A stretch of DNA of 64,000 nucleotides from Paraspadella gotoi (Eukaryota; Animalia; Chaetognatha), in NCBI GenBank assembly GCA_051294375.1, contig CM119264.1:2497631-2561630 (forward strand). The letters run 5' to 3'. A model generated the notes under the pieces. It ran no database searches and had not been told where the DNA came from. It saw nothing but the letters and a program-made list of their open reading frames with translations. A program made the position numbers and the translations under genes. Below, one piece after another: positions 1 to 12,280 of the stretch; position 1 is the first letter of the stretch; every line of letters begins with the position of its first letter.

Positions 1-2083
1 CTCCGTGATCTCCGACATCTTATCCGCGGTGCAAATGAACTTGTGCAGTAACTGATAACGAGAAACAACACCTTTATTGCGTGCAGCTGCTGCAAACTTT
101 GCAGTCTTTGAAGCCGCCCAAAATGGCATTAGTACTTTATTATTGTAAGCGACGAGTCTGTCGCCGTTGGGCGCGTTGACGAGGATCCTCAAAGTCGTGG
201 AGAGATGATCGAAGGCTTTGGAAATCTTCAGCTCGGATTGAAGCATCCGGTCGCAATCAGAACCCAGTTGCAGAAGACGAGGAAGATACATCGAAAGCCA
301 GTCGCGTTCTTGTTGGAAATAGTTATCGCTGAAGAAGGAGGACGGAAAGAAAATCAATTATCCGTTTTGATGAAAAAATAAATTTCAACGCCCAACCTAT
401 CCGGGTAGTAATCTCTCGATCCGCCGAAAGACGAATCCACCGCGAAGGAAATTTTGAAGAGAAGACCTGAAGAATAAGATCGCAACGCTTTTAAAATGAG
501 TACATAATATAATATATATAATATATATAATAAAGAAAGAAATTAAAGAAAAGCGAGAAAAGGGAAATCCCAAACATTGGATCCGACCTTTCTTGAGTCT
601 GACTCTCGGTACTGAATTGGGTTCAGTGACGAATTTGACGAGGGTCGAGTCGTCGGCGAGGACGGGATGAGAAAGGATAAGATTGAGGTAAGTTTGAAAG
701 ACGCGACAATCGGCGGGAAGACGGCGATCGCTGCTCATCACCAGACTGGGGAGACTAGAGTCGGGGGAAGGCACCTGAGAAGAGGAGAGGACAAAGGATT
801 ACATTTTGGGGACGTTTTTAAGTCCTCACACTTGACTTACTTTATCGATGGAGGAACGCCTACTGTTTCCCTGGGAGTCTTGATTCAACCTTTCCGAATT
901 GGGCTTCCGAGGAAGCGGAGGGAAGATGAGGCCGGGGAAGTCGTTGGTCGTCGTCATGCAGTCGTGGAGCCACTCAAAGTCCTCGAAGGATCGATCCACT
1001 ACGAAGTCTTCGCCTGTAGGCGTGGGGGGGGGAGAGTTAGTTAATTTTAAACATTAAAATTATTTGTATATTCTTTTTTCTTCTCACCAGTGGCCTCGCG
1101 ACGGGAATGAAGCGCGAATCGAATCGAGTGGCCATCGAGAGCGACGTTGGTGCATCGAACCACGAGCGAAGGATAAGTTCTGTAAATTTAATCTTTAAAT
1201 AATAAATATCATTCTAAAAAAAATATTTTTCTAAAATTAACGATTAAACAAATCTTATCACTTTGGAAGACTTTGCGCACGCGCGGAGGCCTTTCGGTCC
1301 ACGTCGGATCCTTGTCGAGAAGGATCGGGGATTATCGCCGTTGACGACGAACGGGAATCTGAAAGACAAAAATAGAAAAATGAAAGAAACGCGAGATTTT
1401 CTACATCAAATAAAATAAGGACTTATTAAGGAGCGTTGACTGGCGGAAGCGTTACCCTCTGATTTCTCTTCATGCGAAGCTCGTTCCTTTTCTTCTTCTT
1501 TTCTTTCTTCCGTCGCTTCCGGTTCTTCGCGTCTCGCCTCCTCCTCATCTTCTCCGGCGGCAGAGTCGATGTTCTCCGCGATGACGACCAACCGCGGCGC
1601 TGGCGTCCCGGCCGAGTCTCCGTCGCCCACTCGATCGTCAAGAGAGTCAACTTCCGAGGACAATTCCGCCAAGGCTTCGTGGGGAGCGTCGTCCTCGACG
1701 GCATCGTCGGCGTCTTTTTCACCGCCAGCGAATCTCGCTCCGTCTTTTCGCCCGGGAGCGCGGGCCAAGACCTCCGTCGGACCGGAAGGTCCCTCTTCGT
1801 CCACCGGTTGCGGAGGATCGGCCTCGGCACCCTCGGCGTCGCCTCGGACGCCGGCGACGACCTCAGCCAAGTCGTCGGGGATTTTGGCGGGAGTCTCTAC
1901 CGAATGGTCGTCCTGGTTCGGGTGAGGAGTCGAGTTAGAGTCCTTGTCGACCGATACTGTATCGGTGGAAGCGGAAGCAGCGGCCGGAGGAAAGTCTTCA
2001 TCGCCCGCAGAGAGCGAGGGAGAATTGTCTACGGTGAGTTTCGCCGGCTGGGGATCCACGATTGAATTCTCAGAGTCATTCAT
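1..2083 (-). CDS. SNX6: Sorting nexin 5/6-like PX-BAR protein, multi-exon; 3' end lies beyond window start
   Basis: Spliced exons (~1455-2083, 1262-1358, 1089-1179, 841-1014, 587-774, ~398-466, ~137-328, 1-51) give PX motifs EDFVVDRSFEDFEWLHDCM..NDFPGLIFPPLPRKP and FQTYLNLILSHPVLADD, then BAR start DNYFQQERDWL, resembling SNX5/6. GT-AG introns. A probable 5' UTR exon lies at ~2388-2718. Confidence 0.75.
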
Positions 2084-2139
2084 CTCTGGAAATAAACATT
2101 AAATAAAAGTCGTTGGATGTCAAAAATATTTCCAAAAAC

Positions 2140-2355
2140 GGGGGTAATTTTACTTTCGCCGACCGGGGTTAGAGGTTAAAGGTTAGGTTAGTTTAGGGGT
2201 GGTTTAGAGTTAAGAGGTGTTGGAGGCGGATTTATGGGGATTTGCAGGTGGGTTTAGAGTGAGGGTAATTAAGTAATTTTTTTAAATAAATATTTTTAAA
2301 TGATTTTTTTCAAAATACGCCAAAACTCCGGTCGGCGAAAGTAAAATTTAGCCCC
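2140..2355. mobile_element. MITE-like element with ~30-bp terminal inverted repeats and telomere-like internal repeats
   Basis: GGGGTAATTTTACTTTCGCCGACCGGGGTT (~2141-2170) pairs with AACTCCGGTCGGCGAAAGTAAAATTTAGCCCC (~2324-2355). AAAAC flanks both sides. Interior has degenerate GGTTAGG/TTAGGG units. Confidence 0.7.
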
Positions 2356-3196
2356 AAAACAAATCGACCGAAATCTTCTAAAACTTACCAATGACAATTT
2401 TAAATTTCCTTTAGAGAGTAAATATTCCAGTCATGCCGACCCAAGTATCACAGATTAAAGGAAAGGAATCGAGGGGGAAAGGGAACATCCACGTCCCACG
2501 CGAATCGGGATGCAACGAAATTGGCTCAAAGCAGAAACTCGGTGGTCGTCAAGGCTTAACCGTTTCTCGTCGTTGGCGCCCGGGATTCCAGGAATGAAAA
2601 GTTTTGGGCTGAACATGAATGAAGGGGGGAGGTTCCGACTTGGGAAGGAGATCTCCTGGCGAGAAGGAGAAGAAGGAGAAGGTCGAGGAGAATTGAGACC
2701 AAAACAAAATGACAAATCCTGTTTGATATTGTTAAAATACTGAACCCGCTACGCTCGCTGAACAAATCTGTTAACAATTAAATATTAAATAAACAGATAA
2801 TTATTATATCGGTTTATTTCATACGTAAATAGTGAAGGCATGAGACCAATGCTGAAATATTATTGTTTAGAATTCTTTTAATTTTTCTTGTTCGCCGTTT
2901 CGTCATTCGAAATGATGAACCAAAATGTCGATGATAAACCAAGTCTTAGCTTTTCCGACCTACGAATATTTTAATTTTGTTGATTTGTTTTTAATATCTA
3001 TGATAATAAAGAAAAATGAATTACAGAAGCACCAACCTCAAGCGGACAAAAACAATTCTGGAAATAAGTATAAGTAAACAAAAAACGAGGGCATTTCAAC
3101 TCCTGGTGTATAACAAAATGGGTCCAAAAAGAAAACATATAAAATGTTTGTAAATGTATTTTCATCCATGATTAAAAAAGAAAAATTGAATCCTGA

Positions 3197-6100
3197 TCAT
3201 TTCCGATTGGATTCTTGCTCCAGCAACTGAGGGCATTCTGATCTTTCGGGAAAAGGGAGGGCGGCTCGAATCATCTCAACGTTGGTCACCTCCGCCTCCA
3301 TCTTGTCCGCTTCCGCCGCCACCAACTCGAGAAACTTCTCCTGCTGTCGCCCGCCGACCTCGAACTGTGCAATCAGTTCGTCCAACATCAAATCTAAGGA
3401 AAAATGCGGAAAATGCGACGAAATGGAAAAAGAGAAATGACTTTAAAGGAAAAGAAACTAGAAAGACGAAACCTTTGACTTTGTTTTCAACGTCCTTTAA
3501 CTGCGATTCGAGACCCTTGTAGTCCAGAGGTTCTGGGTCTCCCAGTCGAGCCAACTCATCCATGATCTTTTGCAATCGGGCCAAAGTGTCGTCGGCTTTA
3601 ATGATGGTCACTCCCGACTTTTGCGTCGTTTTGCGGGCCTCTTGCGTCGACGCCACCGCTCTGCATCCCATAAGAACAATATTACCATATAAACGATCTA
3701 ACGCAATTACATAATACATATGCATAATATTTCTCAAGGAAAAGAAACCTTTCGACATCCATTTTAGTGGTGGTTTCGACGTCGCGCAGTTGGGTCTCGG
3801 CGGATTGAAATTCGAAAGACTGAAGACCCTGAGCGCGACGTCTCACTTCCGACGCGATCTTCGACGTCTCCGCGGTTTCGGTGACGAGCGACGTCGCGTT
3901 AACCTCGATCAACGCGCTCAGACTTGGGAATGCAGACAAGACGATCGATCAATCGAAAGATAAAGAAGAAACCGCGTCAATCTCTTCCTTACTTGTAGGC
4001 CTCTTTGGAATTGTCGAAGGCTCTTTGCGCGGTTTTCTCGCTTCTGTTCCTCGTCCACCGCGCGTCGAGTTGCGCGACCGACTTCTCCACGTGATCCAAG
4101 AGTTTGAGGATGTCGTCGACGCGGCTGAGGGCGTCCTCGGCTTCTTGCTGCGAGGAAGTCACCCTTTTGTCGAAGTTGGAGAGAGTCTCCAACGTTCGTT
4201 GAGCTTCCCCTGGAAAGAAACGAAAAATATTTATTCTGTTCAAATCAATAATCGATTATTTTTTTTTTTACCCAAAATCCCCGAGGGAGGCTCGATGAGC
4301 TTTCGAGCTTCTTCGGCCTTCATCTTCGCCGTCATGGCCTCTTCGAGGAGCGCCTCCAACGTCTGCTGGGCCGCGAGCGCTTCTTCAAATATTCGATTGC
4401 CCTCGGCGATGGCCGTCTCCACCTTGTTGAGGATCTCACGGTGTCGCGACTTGAGGCTGTTGGACGCTAGAAAAAAACAAAACGTAAGCTGCAAAACTGC
4501 AATACATTGGAATTAAAGAAAACTCGAGATGATTACCTCTCTCGATCGTCTTGGCTTGCTTTTTAACTTTGGCCGTGTTCTTCTTGATAATCTCCGACAC
4601 TCCGGGCGGATGTCCTCGAACTTCCTCAAACAGTCGGTGCGACTCTCTCAGGTTCGCCTCCGCCTCATCGTAATTCTCCCGACTTTTTTCTCTCGTTCGT
4701 TGAAAGCGAAAGTCGAGACTCTCCACGTCGGCGCGGAGGCGCTGCAGGGCCACGCTCAGCGCCGTCGCGTTTTCTAATGCGACATTGAGGCGCTCGTTGG
4801 CATCGTTGGAAAAGGAGGCGGCCTTGCTCGCCGTGTCGATGATCGAAGTGGCAGAGTTGCGATGAGCCTCGGCCAAAGACTCGGATTCTTTGAGGGAAAA
4901 TGGAAGAGAAGAATCAAAAGAAACTCATCCGTCTATCCCTCTCAAACCTTTGGCCAGTTTCTCGGTGCCGAGTCCGTCCTTGGTCTCCAACTCTTTGGCC
5001 CGCTTCAACCAATCCTTGAGCTCCTCCAACAGGTCGTCAAAATCGAGGAGTTTTTCCTCGCTCCTTTCCCGCGCGTCCTCGGCGGCGTCGACCTCGAGAC
5101 CGGCCACGTCCGAGGTGCGAATCAGCAGCGTCTTGTTGCGGTCGACGGCGTCGAGGAAATCGAGGAGGCGATCGAAATCATCGCTGAAGGACTGGAATCG
5201 CTGAGGAGCGGGGGCTGAGGGCGGGGAGAGGGGGGGTGGAGGGGGGAGTCCAAGACAGAATCGGGGAAATCAATTTTTAGGTCATAGGAAAGAGGGGTAG
5301 GGAGAGGAGAGACAAGCGCCTTATTTTCAATATTTTAAACAATCTAATGATTCAACGCCAACGTTGATCAAATTCCTACTTTCCAAAATGACCCATTTTC
5401 TGATTAGAATCAGCGTCAAACCTTAGTAATCTTACCTGACCCAATATCCATCTTACAACTTCACCTTTCGTGACTCGTTGATAAAACTCGTCGATCTTTC
5501 CTTCGACATCCTCGATCATCCTCTCCGCCTCTTCGTCCGTCACGTTGTGCTGCTGCACTCCCGCGGCCAGGATGTTCTTAAGACGCTTCACCTCCTTCCG
5601 GTGCTTCTCGACGCCGCGTTGCACGAGCGAATAACATCCGGGACACTCGAAGCAGCGCCGCGTGCTGGCGTCGAGACCGAACATGTTCTCGGCGCAGCGG
5701 TCGCATTTGTCCCCGACGACGTTCTCCACGCAGATGCAGCGGCCGATCGGGTCGCAGACGCGGGACATGCTGCCAACGGGGTCGCAGCCGCAGGGACGGC
5801 AGCCTTGAGACGAGAGGTCGAAGAAGCCTTTGGCGCAGACGTCGCACTTGCGGCCGGCGACTCCGGGTTTGCAGAGGCATTGACCGTCTTCGCTGCAGTC
5901 GGGGCCGACGGCGCCAAGAGAGTCGCAGCCGCAGGCGATGACGACAGCGACGCCGCCGCCCGACGCAGCCTCGGGGTTCCAGCGGAATCCTCGCTCGGGG
6001 CGATCGCACCTGCGGCCGCCAACGCGATCCACGCAGCGGCAGGAGCCGTCGGAGCCGCAGCTGCCGAAACCGCCATCGACGGTGCCGCGCGGATGACACT

Positions 6101-9100
6101 CGCAACGGGTGCAGTTGGCGTGGCGTCCGGGAATTACGGCCACGCCGAAGTGACCAGGGAGGCAACGCTCGCAATGGCGCCCTTCCGTGTTGTGGATGCC
6201 TTGAGGCACCCTGCCGGTTCTGGCGTCGCAGTTGCGATGGCGTTGGCGTCAACGTTGTTGTGGCAGGTGCAGGGCGACAGATGCAACCGCCGTGTCCGAT
6301 TTGGTCAGCGTCGCAAGAGTCGATCGAACCGAAGAATCCTTCCGCGCAAGCCTTGCAGCGCGGCCCCGCATAACTTGTAACAAAAGAGCAACGAGAATAA
6401 TATATTTTTCCTCCTTCTTCTCTCTCTCTCTCTTCTCTCTCTATCTTCTCTTCTCACCCAATTGGGCAACCAACGCAGACGAGCATCCCTTCTCTCTCCA
6501 CGCAAGTCGCCGTCGATGGGCACGGGCATTTCTGGCAATCTTCGAGTCGCCCTCGCGTCGCATCGCCGAAAAACCCGCGACGACATCTTTCGCAGTTTTC
6601 GCCGTCGGTGTTGTGGTCGCAGATGCAGCGTCCCGTCGCGACGTCGCAGCTGGAGGAATGCCCGTTGCAGGTGCAAGGAACGCAGGGAGAGATGTTGTCA
6701 CCGTTTTTCATCTCGCGTCGAAAACCGGGGGCGCAATCCTCGCAAAATTGGCCGACGTAACCCTGAAATAGAAATGGGGGAGAAAAAGAAAATAGTAATT
6801 GAGCTTATTATCCCTTCACTTTTGTCTCTCACCTTCGGACAAGAACACTGCTCGACGAAATCCGCCCCTTCCTCTCTGCTCTTCCCCAAGGCCGCCGACT
6901 CCAGCTGAACGTCGTCCAGCTCTCCAGCGCCTCCGCTGGTGTAGGTGGCACGGATCTTGATGCAGAGGACGTCGGAGAGGAGCTCCTGGAACTGGGCGCT
7001 GGTCAAGCGGGGCGACCAGGAGTAGTTGGGATGTTCGTGAAGGCGGAAGGTGTAGAGACGGGGAGTTTGATCGGGGATCGAGTTTCCTTGTTCGAAGATC
7101 GGGATGGAGACGGTGAATCTGATGGGGGAGTTGAAAAGTTAAGGAAACCCCGAAAGAGAGAGAGAGAGAGAGAAAAAGAAAGAGAGATATCCTTACTTCC
7201 TCCCCTCGATGACGACGTCGGCTCTCGACGCCTGGGCGCGTCCGGACGAAATGGAGAATCGAAAGGAGAGACGCTGATTGTAAGAGAAGCGTTGGTCGCC
7301 GAGAAAGCGATCGGGAGCGTTAAAGTAATGATTGTACACGGGCGATCCACGGTCGTGATTCAGGGACTGAGAAAGTTAAGAAATATTATCGGCGATGCGC
7401 TTTTGTTTTAATTAAAAAAAACAAATTTGAGAGAAAGTTGTAAAAACCTCCTCGTTTCGGTTCCAGGCGACGACGCCGGAGTCGGCGCCCGTGGAATCGA
7501 CTGACGTCCAACCGTCGGCCGAAGATCGAAAGTCGGAGGCGATCGTTCGTCGGCGAAACTGAGACGCGGACCGACAAGCCGACGAATGACCGAAGCAGAA
7601 GCACGAGGTGCAGCCTGTGAATGAAGAGGAGTAAATCTCAATCGAGGATCAACGATCGGTCAAATGTTTTTTTTTTAATATCACCAAAATCGTTTGATTT
7701 GTCCAAATTAAAGAATCCCGGTTTGCATCTGTCGCAATCGTCGCCTTCCACGTTTTCTTTACACCTGCACCTCCCAGTCTCGACGTCGCAGGAAGGGCTG
7801 TTGTTGACCGAGCCGCGATCGCTGCACGTGCAGCTTCGACAACCTCGAGGTAAGTCGCAAAAGAGCGTAAATATTTGAAGGCGATTCATTTATTTAAATA
7901 ATTATTTGAAGGCGATTTATTTATTTAAATCCTAAAATGAAACCTTGATGAGAAAATCCGAAGTGTCCTTGTTCGCATCTGTCGCATTTATCCCCGTCGA
8001 CGCCGGTGTGACAGGTGCATCGCCCAGAGACGTCGCACCTCTCCGTCAAACTGCCGAGTGGATCGCATCCGCAGGGAACGCAGTCCGAAGTTCGAGAATC
8101 GCGGTAGAAGCCGACCTGTTGAGAGAAGAAAGACGGAGGAACGATATTGATGCCTTTTTGTTCAGATCAGTTACCTTGCACTCCTCGCAATGAGGTCCGG
8201 CCGTGTTCTTCCGGCAGTCGAGGCATCTCCCTCCTCGTCCGGTGCGACGGAAGAGATCTTCGTCGAAGCTGCATCTGTGTGAGAGGCCGTTGCACTCGCA
8301 GGCGCGACAGACTCGAGGGTCGGCTTCCGTGGCTTTGCCCCAGGGACGATCTTGATAAAAGGGGAGGCACTCGCCGCAGTCGGGTCCTGATGGAATTTAG
8401 GAGAGGCGATGTCATTTTATTCATTTTTTTGACAACCACAATATTATTGTAGCCTCCAGTAAACTTTTTTTTTATTATTACATTCTTCCCATGATCTTCC
8501 CCCCCTTTTTTTTAACCGGTGGTGTGATGTTCGCACTGACACACGAGTCTCGCCGACAATCCTTCGCCCGTGCTCATGACGCAGTGACTCGCGTGTCCGT
8601 TGCATTTGCATCGACCGCCGACGGAAAGATCGGAGATGGCGTAATAGTATGATCTGATTTTATTTTTTTTTTTTGGGGGGGGGGAGTTTGGTCGGTCAAT
8701 CGCTAAAAAATATTAGGACCGGCAATTCGAAGTATTGGGTCGCGTTATCTTTGTTAACGCGAACGTATTTCGATAGGAAAAGCAAATACACACAGACAGA
8801 CCGATCGCGGAACAACAACTCAATCGGCGACCAACTTGAGAACTTTGGGGTCGTGAAAGACTTCGTCGCCGAAGGTGTTGAGGCGATCGAGGGTGATGCG
8901 GAGGGCTGAGGCGGTGACCCACTCTTGGAGTTCTTCAGACTCGTTGAAGCGGTCGCGGGAGGGTCGACCTGGACGAGCGGTTGGGCGGGGCAAAGACGGG
9001 AGAGACTCGAATACGGAGTATTTTAAAAATGATTTTTTTTAATTACTTTTTATTACTATTAGCTTAATTGAGCCTAATAAAACAGTTGGGGGGGGGGGAG

Positions 9101-10270
9101 AAAAGTTAGAAACTAATTACCGTAGTCATTGAGTTATTAAAAAAATCCGCTATTTTTGTCAGCCGTAACTAAGCCTCGTTAGTAGTTAACCTACTTTCCA
9201 GCGTGGAGAAGGGAACGTTGGCGTTGGTGAGCGGACTGATGTCCGAAAACTCGTCCGTACATAGAGCAACTTTCTCGTTTCCCACTCGGACGTAACCGCG
9301 ACGATCCACGCCGTAGGTAGAACGACAGGAAGCAGAGTAATACTGTAACAGTCAACGAAAAATGAAATAAAATAAAATAAAATAAAATAAAATAAATGCT
9401 CGAATATTAAACTCAAGATCGACGAGACCTGATAAGGTTCCCATGGACGATCGGCCTCGGTCTTCTTGAAGATGGCGAAGGACTCTGGTACGGAGGTGCG
9501 GAACCTCAGCCTGACGTAAGTGATCTCGAAAGTCTTGTGCAAATCGAGGGTGAGGTTGACGGACGAGCGGTGGACGCCCTGCAGCATCGTCTCCGATTGC
9601 CACCAGGTCTGGTTGAGGTTGTCGTTCCAAAAGTCGGTCAAGAATCGAGGAGGGTGAGACTTGGATGGAGAGCGAGCGTCGCAGATGTCGCATTCGCGGG
9701 TGGCGCCGGTAGCGCCTTCGGGAGGGGAAGAGAAAGAGATAGAGAGATAGAGAGAGAAAGAGAGAGAGAAGGGAAGGGAGAGCACTGAGCAGCAACAGAG
9801 TTGGGATTAACTTTTTTTTCGTTAAACTTAGGTCAAAGCTCTAAGCAAAGGGCGAAAGCTTTTTAGCCTTTTATGTAATGAATAAAATTCGGAAAGCTAG
9901 ACAAAAACGTAAAATACAAAAGCGATCCTGCAAATCATCCTCCAGAGACTTCTTCCGCTTTACCCGTCTGACGGCAGAATTGAATGGCTGGCAGCCCGCA
10001 GGTGCTCGTCGCTTCCACCTCCATGTTGTAGGCGGCGTTGACGAATGGAGGAATGCATCGTTTGGGTCGCCCCTAAGAAGGGTCGTCATTTGCTTAATAA
10101 AAAGCTCATCGTGGAAAAACCACTTTCGCTACCTGACTGTCGTAACAACTCATGGGTACGCCGCCAGAGGGCGGAAAGGCCGCCGGTGGCCGACCCCGAT
10201 CCCAGGACGACTGCCCGCCGGCGAGACGCGACGCGTGGAGGAAGAAGAAGCAAAGAAAGAAAGTGAGCAT
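3197..10270 (-). CDS. LAMC1: Laminin subunit gamma (gamma-1/LanB2-like), ~21 exons
   Basis: Signal peptide [21 protein letters not shown] domain ([26 protein letters not shown]; TWWQSETM; [54 protein letters not shown]). LE repeats, L4 domain ([15 protein letters not shown]), gamma-type nidogen-site NNVDANAI, long coiled coil, stop at 3197. Several single-base indels at ~6195-6275. Confidence 0.95.
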
Positions 10271-12280
10271 GTTGGGTCTTTTGTTTTTTTGAAAAGAAGA
10301 GGAAGAGAAAAGACGCGGGTTCCGCGATCTTCGTTTTCGGTCCAAAATCGTGAGTCAAAACGTCATCGCCCTCTCCGAGAAAAATGGAAACGTCGCCTCT
10401 TTAAAGAACGGAGTTCGAATCCTTAACGAAGGACGGAACTCGAGACACGAAAACCGAACGACAAATATTTTTGACAAAGTGAAATTTTTTGTTTTGTTTA
10501 AAGTTACAACCGAAAAGAGAAAATGATTTTTGTTTGAACGGGGTCAACCCGTGGATGGGTTTAACTCTAAGAAAAAAGGCCGCGCTAATGAGAGGGAATG
10601 CCTCCGAGGGGAAAGTCTCCCGTTTGTGGCCCTCCGGCCAAAGGAGACGAGAGAAATCCCTCGCTAATTGTTTCGTGGATTTAGAGAGGGAGGGTAGGGG
10701 GGCGGAGCGAGGGGGCGCTCCTTTTGGAAATGATCTATTTATCGCTACTAAATAGCTAAGTGGCGCCTTTTTTTGGACTGAATCTAAAAAGCTGTGGCCG
10801 GCCGGATGTATTAGCTAATTATAGAGAGACGGACCTACGGACCGTCAAGTCGGACCGGGAAGGAAAAAAACAAACATCGTTGACTCTCGAGACAAGATCC
10901 GGGGAAAAATGAATAATGAGTCGATAAAAAAAAGCTTTATTTTTCAAGACTTGCTATAGTAAAAGCTCATGATTTTTTTTGTCCATTCACCAATTAATAC
11001 ACGCATCTTTGATAGATAGACACGAAATATTGAAACATACATTAACATAACAAAGTAAACTGTATAAAGTTTCATTCATTTTTTTTCGCCAAAAACCAGA
11101 ATTTAGTTTGCACTCAAATCAATTTATATATAGCGGACTACTGATATAGCTGATAGTACCAAAGGCAAAATCAGATAAAAATATTAAGCGTCTGGTATGT
11201 ACATAACGTAAAGAACATGATTGTAAAATGCAAAATTTGAAAAAGAATAGCACATTTTTTTCCAAAAGGTATTGGATAATGGGTAAAAACCAGTTCAGAT
11301 GGGCAAAACCTTTACAATAATTGGGTATTAACAATAAAGTACAAAACGAAAGGAGAGAAACTAGAGAGAGAGAGAGAGAGAGTAAAACTGAAAAAAAGTA
11401 ATCGTAACACCAAGTCTTAAAATAAAGTGGAATGTTGTTGAAATAAAAACAAGGTAAGATGGAATGTATATAAAAAAATATTAAATTTTAAATTCGTAAA
11501 TGTTGAGATCCATTTAAAAGGACGGACCAACTGAGATTACTACTTTTGATGACAATAACGAAAGGATTTTCTTGATAACATAGAGGACGAGATTTGTTTT
11601 CAGTATGCATGTAAATACTAATATTAAAATAATAACTTTATTAACATGCAAGAATCTTTTTAAAAAATCGTTGTTCCTTGATTGATAACTCAATTATACG
11701 AGGATTTAAACTGAAGTAAAAACCGTCAAATAAACAAAACAGAGATTCGAAAAGGGTTATGCCTAAAAGAGAGAATAATTAGATTTGAACATTTTTTTTT
11801 TCGGTATCCCCTTAGCCGTCCAATGAATTCCTCTAGACTCGCATCGAATTATCCCTCATTCCCCCCAAACAACAACCAAAAAAAATCTGAATGAGGTTTG
11901 ACAGATATTTTTTTATATCACGATGAAGGCATGTTACGGATTCCATCAGTTACGGTGCGCCTAATATTAACATGCATCACAAATCACAAACGTGGTAATG
12001 GATTTGATAAAAGCGTCACGAAGACCGAAGCGCGATTTTTCAAAATAGCTGGTCGGTCGGTCTCCAATCCGGGGGATGCACAAGAAAGAGATTGGAGGGA
12101 ACTGGGTTGTCGTTATTTTTTCAATAGATAAAAATTGCAAGAGCGACTCTTTTGTTATCCTCACTTTGTTTTTTTTATCCCATCACTTTTCGTCAAGTGA
12201 AAAAAATGTGATAAAAAATCCGGATCGCGGTACATTTTGCGAAATTTAATGTACGGAGTGCTAGTAATTGACAGTTTCTT

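Noticed and set aside
2165-2270. True telomere or interstitial telomeric array
   Set aside because: Short, highly degenerate and enclosed by inverted repeats inside an intron.
5478-6380. 300-aa plus-strand ORF and similar antisense ORFs over laminin, Nrx-IV, calnexin and SNX exons
   Set aside because: Shadow frames of GC-rich codon usage with no recognisable protein motifs.
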